Source: a candidate division WWE3 bacterium CG22_combo_CG10-13_8_21_14_all_39_12
GTDB taxonomy: Bacteria > Patescibacteriota > 4484-211 > GCA-002791395
Reading direction: 5' to 3'
Length of the DNA stretch: 49,732 nt
Assembly (NCBI GenBank): GCA_002771355.1
Contig: PCSU01000056.1
Location: 1-49,732 of the forward strand
Shown: one piece after another, positions 44,201-49,732 of the stretch
How the letters are laid out: every line of letters starts with the position of its first letter
How positions within the stretch are numbered: position 1 is the stretch's first letter
Translations under genes and position numbers: made by a program
Notes under the pieces: generated by a model
Told to the model about the DNA's origin: nothing
Databases searched by the model: none
What the model saw: only the letters and a program-made list of their open reading frames with translations

Positions 44201-45115
44201 TTATTTTGATAGTTTTTGACGGAAAACTCGCTTGAGGTTTAGTAACCAAATACCTATATCAACAGCTGTATTCACCATAACATTATACTCAGAACGTAAG
44301 TGTTTATCATAAAACAGTTGCATTGCATTAACACTTGAACGAGCAACAAGCACTTTCCCCTGTCTAGAGGCAGAACTTAGTTTTTCCCCTTCTTTGCGAG
44401 TACCTTTTGACGCGCCACGAAAATGAGTTATTGAACAATCCGGAAAATACATAACCTTGTATCCCGCCTTTTTTGTTTGAAAACACATATCAATATCCTC
44501 GCCGTTTAGAAAATAATCTTCGTCCCACCAACCGATTTTTTCACCAACATCTCGACGAATTAACATAAATGCGCCAACAATAGAATCTACCTCATGGGAA
44601 ACCGTAAGATCTTTCCATCCTTGGTTGTATTGATTATAAAACTGTGATTTTGGGAAAATCTTACTTAATCCGGTGAGTCTTGTAAGTGAAGCCCATGGCG
44701 TTGGGAAACCTCGATGACTATCCCAATCAAACGAACCATTCGACAAATTTACTCTACATGTTGAAAGTCCAATTGTTGCGTCGGCATCCATGTGTTTTAG
44801 CATGGTGGAAAGCGTTCCTTCAGGAACCGTGGTGTCGGAGTTTAAAAATAAGACAAATTCTGTTTCTGGATTAGAGGCTTTAACTCCTACGTTATTACCT
44901 TTTGAAAACCCAAGGTTCTCGCCAGTTTCAATTAGTTTTACCCCAGGATACTGCTGCCGAATTGCCTGTACACTTTCGTCTTTACTGCCATTGTCAACAA
45001 CAATAACTTCAAAATCAGTCCCTATACGTTGATCTTTTAACTGTGACAAAGAATTAAGACAATTAAGCGTCACGGCTTTTGTGTTGTAGGAGATTATTAT
45101 TATTGAAAGATTCAT
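44201..45115 (-). CDS. GT2-family glycosyltransferase
   Basis: LSIIIISYNT, VIVVDNGSKDES, LNSDT, and the GAFMLIRR region. Confidence 0.88.
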   Translation of the reverse strand: MNLSIIIISYNTKAVTLNCLNSLSQLKDQRIGTDFEVIVVDNGSKDESVQAIRQQYPGVKLIETGENLGFSKGNNVGVKASNPETEFVLFLNSDTTVPEGTLSTMLKHMDADATIGLSTCRVNLSNGSFDWDSHRGFPTPWASLTRLTGLSKIFPKSQFYNQYNQGWKDLTVSHEVDSIVGAFMLIRRDVGEKIGWWDEDYFLNGEDIDMCFQTKKAGYKVMYFPDCSITHFRGASKGTRKEGEKLSSASRQGKVLVARSSVNAMQLFYDKHLRSEYNVMVNTAVDIGIWLLNLKRVFRQKLSK

Positions 45116-45138
45116 TTCAAGTATTCATTAATATTTCA

Positions 45139-46701
45139 TTAATCTTTTTTCTTATCAATAATATTGTTACTAAAGATCAATCCTAAAATGAACCACAATA
45201 ACATTGCAACTTTTGATGCACGGAAAATATCAACAAATATGCCGTTCACGAGCAGTGCAATAAGAATAATTCCAGCTGTTGTAATGATTAGTTTTTGTCT
45301 TTCATCTGTACTTTTTCGTACACGAATAATAATCTGATATCCAATTACCATCATCAACACTACGTATGCAATGATTCCAAGAATACCTGTTTCACCAAAA
45401 AGTGTTACAAATTCACTATCAAGACCTATGCCTAATGAACCCATCCCAGTTCCCAACCACACATTTTGCGACACCGCTTCAAATGCTCGCGGCCATGTCT
45501 CTTTCAAACGCCAATATAGACTTGCATCTTTTTCGGCAATTGCATCAATAGCATCTGAAATAAACGTATTTGTAACAGCAGGCTTATTCTTCATATCTTC
45601 AGTAATTGTTTCATCCACCCCACTCACAACAACAGTAGTCACCGAAGTTGTTGGAACATTTGTCTCTGGTGGTTTACTAGTTGCTTCAGGAATAGTAGGT
45701 TTCACAGGTGATCCGCCCGCATTGGATGATTTTGTTATTGATATCTGTGGGACAGGAGATGGTGTCTTTGTTGGGCGTGGTGTAGGTGTCATCGTTGGAA
45801 GTGGAGTAACTGTTGGGGATGGTACAAGTGTTGCTAACTCAACTGCGTTACCAACACCCTGAGAAATATGTCCATATCGCTCAACAAGAGACTTTGACAC
45901 CATGGGTGGCACAATAATTATCAGCAGAGTTACTGCAATTACCTTGAGAGAAAAACTCTTATCTCTCTGAACAAAAAGAAAAAATGGTATTGAGAAGGCA
46001 CTTGCAATTATAGGAAATCTTGAGCCTGACATTCCAAGGGCAACAATTGTTAATAGCAATGAAACTAATAAGGCTTTTTTCAACCACCCACGACTCTCAA
46101 TAACCCACATAGCAAATGTCAAAGGAATGATAATTATCAGAAAACCAGCAAGCTCATAAGGTCCTGAAAAACTCGCAAAAGCCCGATCTGTTCCAAAAAT
46201 ATATGTGTACCCATAAAAACCTCCCCCAAATCCTCCAAGAATTCCCATGAGCTGTAACACAGCCCACAACGAGAGCGGAATACTCGATAAAGAAATATAA
46301 ACAAAGATTTTTTTTACCCGTTCCCAAGAACTCACAAAGAGCGCTGATAAAAAGAAAAATACGGTGTATTCAATAAACCTAAAAATAAAAAACAATCCTC
46401 CCCACTCGTAAGTTTTGAATCCATTATAAACGGTAGATAATGTGGCCACTCCTAGCCACATAAAAATAAGACGTGTAACTGGTAATTTTACAATTTTTAG
46501 AAATTTCTCACGATATTCATTTTGACTGATAGTTAGATAGACTGAATACAGCACAAAAATTGCGATCAATAAGTCTTCTATTCTAATTGGCGTTGGAAAT
46601 CCACTAAGGCCTTGAATAAGTGACAACTTTGGGAACAACAACACAAACATCATGAGAGCCGTCAAAATATTAACTGGTGAAAAAAATCTTTTGGGTAGCA
46701 T
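45139..46701 (-). CDS. O-antigen ligase/polymerase (Wzy_C)-like polytopic membrane protein with a Pro/Thr-rich loop insertion
   Basis: 520 aa and more than 10 TM helices. The MSGSRFP region is typical of the Wzy_C loop. Low-complexity PSPTVTPLPTMTPTPRPTKTPSPVPQ...KPPETNVPTTSVTT spans about aa 293-357. Confidence 0.65.
   Translation of the reverse strand: MLPKRFFSPVNILTALMMFVLLFPKLSLIQGLSGFPTPIRIEDLLIAIFVLYSVYLTISQNEYREKFLKIVKLPVTRLIFMWLGVATLSTVYNGFKTYEWGGLFFIFRFIEYTVFFFLSALFVSSWERVKKIFVYISLSSIPLSLWAVLQLMGILGGFGGGFYGYTYIFGTDRAFASFSGPYELAGFLIIIIPLTFAMWVIESRGWLKKALLVSLLLTIVALGMSGSRFPIIASAFSIPFFLFVQRDKSFSLKVIAVTLLIIIVPPMVSKSLVERYGHISQGVGNAVELATLVPSPTVTPLPTMTPTPRPTKTPSPVPQISITKSSNAGGSPVKPTIPEATSKPPETNVPTTSVTTVVVSGVDETITEDMKNKPAVTNTFISDAIDAIAEKDASLYWRLKETWPRAFEAVSQNVWLGTGMGSLGIGLDSEFVTLFGETGILGIIAYVVLMMVIGYQIIIRVRKSTDERQKLIITTAGIILIALLVNGIFVDIFRASKVAMLLWFILGLIFSNNIIDKKKD
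45631..45825 (-). other. Pro/Thr/Ser-rich low-complexity linker coding segment inside the Wzy_C-like gene
   Basis: Direct translation, see above. It also generates the spurious plus-strand ORF 45371..45862. Confidence 0.8.
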
Positions 46702-46718
46702 ATTATGTTTATCCAGAA

Positions 46719-47819
46719 TTATCTTATTTGCACTTGAGAAATCACCTTAAGCCATCCTTCTTTCCACTTATTGATATTGTAATTAGTACGAACTTCTTGC
46801 TGCTGCGAAAGGGCTACAGAATCTTTTGATGTATATGTTTCAATCATAACTCTGGCAAGATCATCCGCTGTAATGTCCGATTGAGCTGTTGGCAAATCAG
46901 CAAGTCCTTGTGCATTGGTAGAAACCGTTGCTGTGCCACATGCCATACTTTCAAGTGCTGACAGTGAGGTTCCTTCCCGTTGAAGTGTTGGAACAACAGT
47001 CATCTCACAAGCATTGTAAACGCCAGGCATCAGAGCCCATGGGATACTCCCTTTAAAAACAACAGCGCCTTCAAGATTATGTTTTTGAATTAAAGAGTTA
47101 AGGTAATCTTTATATTGTTCGTCTCCCCCGCCCCCAACAACAACAAGTGTTGTTTCAGGAAACTTTTCTTTAAATTGTGCAAATGCCTCAATTGAAAGAT
47201 GAATACCTCTGGCGTGCGAAATGTTGCGAGGAACTACAATTGAATGTTCCGGAAAGTCTGTCGCTGGATCAACATTCGTAAAAACACTGGTATCAACACA
47301 GTTTGGTATATACCATTTTCCTGGTAATACTTCTTCAAACATTCGCTCTTTTGGCTTGATATCAACCCCAAGTTGTCTAAAATAATTCGTGTCATTTGCA
47401 ACCAAATATTTAAAATGTTTAAACGACCACTGAGCAATTTTGATTTTTAACTTCTGAGATAACGATGTTGCCGGTATATCCCATTCACACCCATGAGACA
47501 AAACGATTACGTTTTTTTTCCAAAATAATGGAAGCGAATGAAATGCGTAATGACAAATAAGTGTATCCTCTTTTGAAAGACTTTTGAACTTCAGTGGCAA
47601 CAAAAAATTAAACCACCATAAATCAAGCGCTCTACCACCGTTGAATACTTTTGGAGCATGGGGAACGAGTTCAAGCTCTGGATCATGAACGTTATCATTA
47701 AACTGATACACTCGCTGGTCATGCCCTTCGCCTTTAAAAATCTCGTATAAATTAGCCAAGTAGGTTTGTGCTCCACCGGTTATTGGTTTGTATTCTGTTG
47801 CAATATGTCCTATGTTCAT
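46719..47819 (-). CDS. GT4-family glycosyltransferase
   Basis: N-terminus GGAQTYLANL. C-terminal REGTSLSALESMACGTATVSTN. Confidence 0.8.
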   Translation of the reverse strand: MNIGHIATEYKPITGGAQTYLANLYEIFKGEGHDQRVYQFNDNVHDPELELVPHAPKVFNGGRALDLWWFNFLLPLKFKSLSKEDTLICHYAFHSLPLFWKKNVIVLSHGCEWDIPATSLSQKLKIKIAQWSFKHFKYLVANDTNYFRQLGVDIKPKERMFEEVLPGKWYIPNCVDTSVFTNVDPATDFPEHSIVVPRNISHARGIHLSIEAFAQFKEKFPETTLVVVGGGGDEQYKDYLNSLIQKHNLEGAVVFKGSIPWALMPGVYNACEMTVVPTLQREGTSLSALESMACGTATVSTNAQGLADLPTAQSDITADDLARVMIETYTSKDSVALSQQQEVRTNYNINKWKEGWLKVISQVQIR

Positions 47820-48559
47820 GATGATTTCTTAATTTCCTGATTTCTATTCCACACATAATACCCTAAATAGCAGGCATGATGTAACCCTATCCATCCATCT
47901 TTATATCCCTGTTTGCGAAAATACACATTTACAAACCTAAGCAAAGGCCGAAGTCTCTCTTTTAACGTTAACTCGTTCCCTTGTTTTACAAATATCTCGG
48001 CCTCCAAACGTGAGTATTCTTTCACTTTATCCATAAGATCAGAAAAGTCTCTATATGAATAATGCCTCATTACGTTTTTAAGTTTTCCCTCTTTCCCAAC
48101 CGCTACCACTTCATGTACGACTCCACCAAACGAACCTTGTGATTTTCTAAATACCCTGACATGCCAATCGTTTTGCAAACCGCCATACTTTAAAAGCCTA
48201 TCACCAATATATGTTTCGAATCGAATTGAGTATCCATCAAATTTTGAATCTACAATAGCCGCTTGAATTTCTGTTGCCAATTCTGACGAAACCACCTCAT
48301 CCGCATCAAGGCTTAAAATCCACTCATTATTGGCTTTACTAATTGCAAAGTTTTTTTGTTTCCCGTAGCCAAGCCATTCCTGAACATACACATCATTGGT
48401 AAACTCGCGTGCAATTTTTTCAGTTGTGTCTGTTGTTCGAGAGTCAATAACAACAATAATTTGATCGCACCACGTAACAGATTCAAGCGTCCGCGCAAGT
48501 GTGTCGGAAGCATCTTTTGCTATAAGTACAGCAGAAATTTTACTCATGCTATTTTTCAT
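47816..48559 (-). CDS. GT2-family glycosyltransferase (small, WaaE/KdtX-like)
   Basis: ISAVLIAKDASDTLARTLESV...IIVVIDSRTTDTT...LSLDADEVVS. 247 aa. 4-nt overlap with the downstream GT4. Confidence 0.85.
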   Translation of the reverse strand: MKNSMSKISAVLIAKDASDTLARTLESVTWCDQIIVVIDSRTTDTTEKIAREFTNDVYVQEWLGYGKQKNFAISKANNEWILSLDADEVVSSELATEIQAAIVDSKFDGYSIRFETYIGDRLLKYGGLQNDWHVRVFRKSQGSFGGVVHEVVAVGKEGKLKNVMRHYSYRDFSDLMDKVKEYSRLEAEIFVKQGNELTLKERLRPLLRFVNVYFRKQGYKDGWIGLHHACYLGYYVWNRNQEIKKSS

Positions 48560-48611
48560 AATTCAACGTAACTGTACCATCGTTTTGTACCACAATACAC
48601 TCCTATTACTC

Positions 48612-48640
48612 TTGACAACCACCCCGGAATTGTTTAATCT
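48612..48640 (+). promoter_or_regulatory. Candidate promoter for abiEi: TTGACA-17 nt-TAATCT
   Basis: Consensus -35 at 48612-48617, 17-nt spacer, -10 at 48635-48640, 38 nt before ATG 48679. Confidence 0.5.
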
Positions 48641-48678
48641 GTAAGTAGATAGTCACCATAAACGGTTACTTACGATAT

Positions 48679-49461
48679 ATGAAACAAACAATTCTTTCTA
48701 CTCAACAAAGCGCTCTACTTGAGGATTTAATCGTCCAGCATGGCCAAATTGTCACTTCCGAGCAGATCTATGCCCAGGCGAAGGATGTGTGGGGGCAACC
48801 AGTAGCTAAAAACGTCGTAACTAGACTTACTCGCAATGGGTGGTTAATTCGGGTGAAACGAGGTTTATATGCCATCTCTGACTTAAGCAACCGTGGATTT
48901 TTGTCTCTCTCGCCCTATGTAGTGGCTCATCTTCTGGTTAGAGATTCCTACGTCTCTTTTGAATCGGCTTTAGCCTATCATGGCATGTTTGATCAGCTCA
49001 CCAACAAAACTATTTCTATTTCTCAAGTGCAGTATAAGACGGTTCAGTTGCAATCGGTTGAATATAGTTTTGTGAAAGTGCTGGATAAGTGGTTTTTGGG
49101 TTGGCAGAACGTGAGTATTGATAATACAACTGTTCGTATGGCCACTGCCGAAAAAGCCTTAATTGACATGGTCCAATTCCATAAAAGTAAATATACTGTT
49201 GATCTAGTTGTGGAAAAACTCGCTCAATATAAAAGCTCACTAGATATGCAAAAAATGACTGCGTATTTGAGGAAGATGTCTTTGACCACGATTAAGACAT
49301 TTGGTTTTCTGTTCGACCTCTTAGAGATTGATTCTGGCAATCTTTACAATCAAGTTAAGTTAAAAGGCACTCACGTGATGTTATCTCACGATGCTAAGTT
49401 TAATGCCAAATGGCGACTCTATTACGATGAGTATTTTGATAAATACCAGTCAGTCAAATAA
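48679..49461 (+). CDS. abiEi: AbiEi-family type IV toxin-antitoxin antitoxin / wHTH transcriptional regulator
   Basis: N-terminal wHTH-like LLEDLIVQHGQIVTSEQIY...LTRNGWLIRVKRGLYAIS. 260 aa. Immediately followed (5 nt) by an AbiEii-type gene. Confidence 0.7.
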   Translation: MKQTILSTQQSALLEDLIVQHGQIVTSEQIYAQAKDVWGQPVAKNVVTRLTRNGWLIRVKRGLYAISDLSNRGFLSLSPYVVAHLLVRDSYVSFESALAYHGMFDQLTNKTISISQVQYKTVQLQSVEYSFVKVLDKWFLGWQNVSIDNTTVRMATAEKALIDMVQFHKSKYTVDLVVEKLAQYKSSLDMQKMTAYLRKMSLTTIKTFGFLFDLLEIDSGNLYNQVKLKGTHVMLSHDAKFNAKWRLYYDEYFDKYQSVK

Positions 49462-49466
49462 TTCCT

Positions 49467-49732
49467 ATGCTTACCCGACAACAACTTGAAATCATCAATC
49501 GTAAAAGTCTGCGTTATCCCTTACATATCGCCGAGAAAGACTATTTCTTAGCTCTGGTTATGCAGATTATTGCCGCTTCCTCAACCGGCAAAACTCTTGT
49601 TTTTAAAGGGGGTACGGCCTTGCATCACTGTTACCTGGGCCAGTATCGTTTTTCCGAGGACTTGGATTTTTCATCAAATCAAACACCGTTGCCAATCGAA
49701 GATGTCCGTAAAATCTTTGACAACATCGACTA
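49467..49732 (+). CDS. abiEii: AbiEii/AbiGii-family nucleotidyltransferase toxin (5' partial, runs off the window)
   Basis: Hand translation gives MLTRQQLEIINRKSLRYPLHIAEKDYFLALVMQIIAASSTGKTLVFKGGTALHHCYLGQYRFSEDLDFSS. The KGGTAL...RFSEDLDF motif is the family's NTase signature. Confidence 0.8.
   Translation, partial: MLTRQQLEIINRKSLRYPLHIAEKDYFLALVMQIIAASSTGKTLVFKGGTALHHCYLGQYRFSEDLDFSSNQTPLPIEDVRKIFDNID

Noticed and set aside
1-49732. Alternative genetic code (UGA recoding, as in some CPR lineages).
   Set aside because: All long ORFs are full-length under the standard code, with conserved N- and C-terminal motifs intact. There are no strings of adjacent same-frame ORF fragments that would indicate in-frame UGA read-through.

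Overview
Low-GC, gene-dense bacterial window with nearly all genes on the minus strand. It looks like a reduced-genome uncultured lineage (CPR/Patescibacteria-like), but that is inference only. I see five blocks. (1) 132-9099: four tandem, mutually divergent class II (adenosylcobalamin) ribonucleotide reductase paralogs, a divergently oriented PduO-type cobalamin adenosyltransferase, and a non-ATG mini-ORF absent from the ORF track. The mini-ORF encodes a stand-alone copy of the Cys-rich zinc-finger redox tail that is normally fused to class II RNRs. (2) 9142-33468: a division/cell-wall (dcw) cluster, mraZ-rsmH-ftsL-ftsI...mraY...ftsW-murG-ftsQ-ftsA-ftsZ, whose biosynthetic core is non-canonical. 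The murD slot holds an ATP-grasp ligase, a fold-type-II PLP enzyme and an antisense LysW-like zinc ribbon. The MurE-like and MurF-like ligases lack the N-terminal nucleotide-binding domain, and the MurF-like one is membrane-anchored. An Mpl-type ligase is fused to a Cys/His peptidase-like domain. The cluster also holds a MurA-fold protein lacking the catalytic residues, FemAB-family and ATE/Bpt-family aminoacyl-tRNA transferases, a DegT aminotransferase, an alpha/beta hydrolase and an antisense Rel/SpoT homolog. (3) 33645-35567: glyQS and recO. (4) 35579-48559: an envelope glycan cluster with a polyprenyl-P sugar transferase, a UbiA/DPPR-synthase-like enzyme, four GT4, two GT2, an O-antigen ligase/polymerase-like protein and a UPF0104 membrane protein. 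(5) 48679-end: an AbiEi/AbiEii toxin-antitoxin pair. I saw no rRNA, tRNA, CRISPR array or transposase. All functional calls come from motif recognition by eye and need HMM or structure confirmation.
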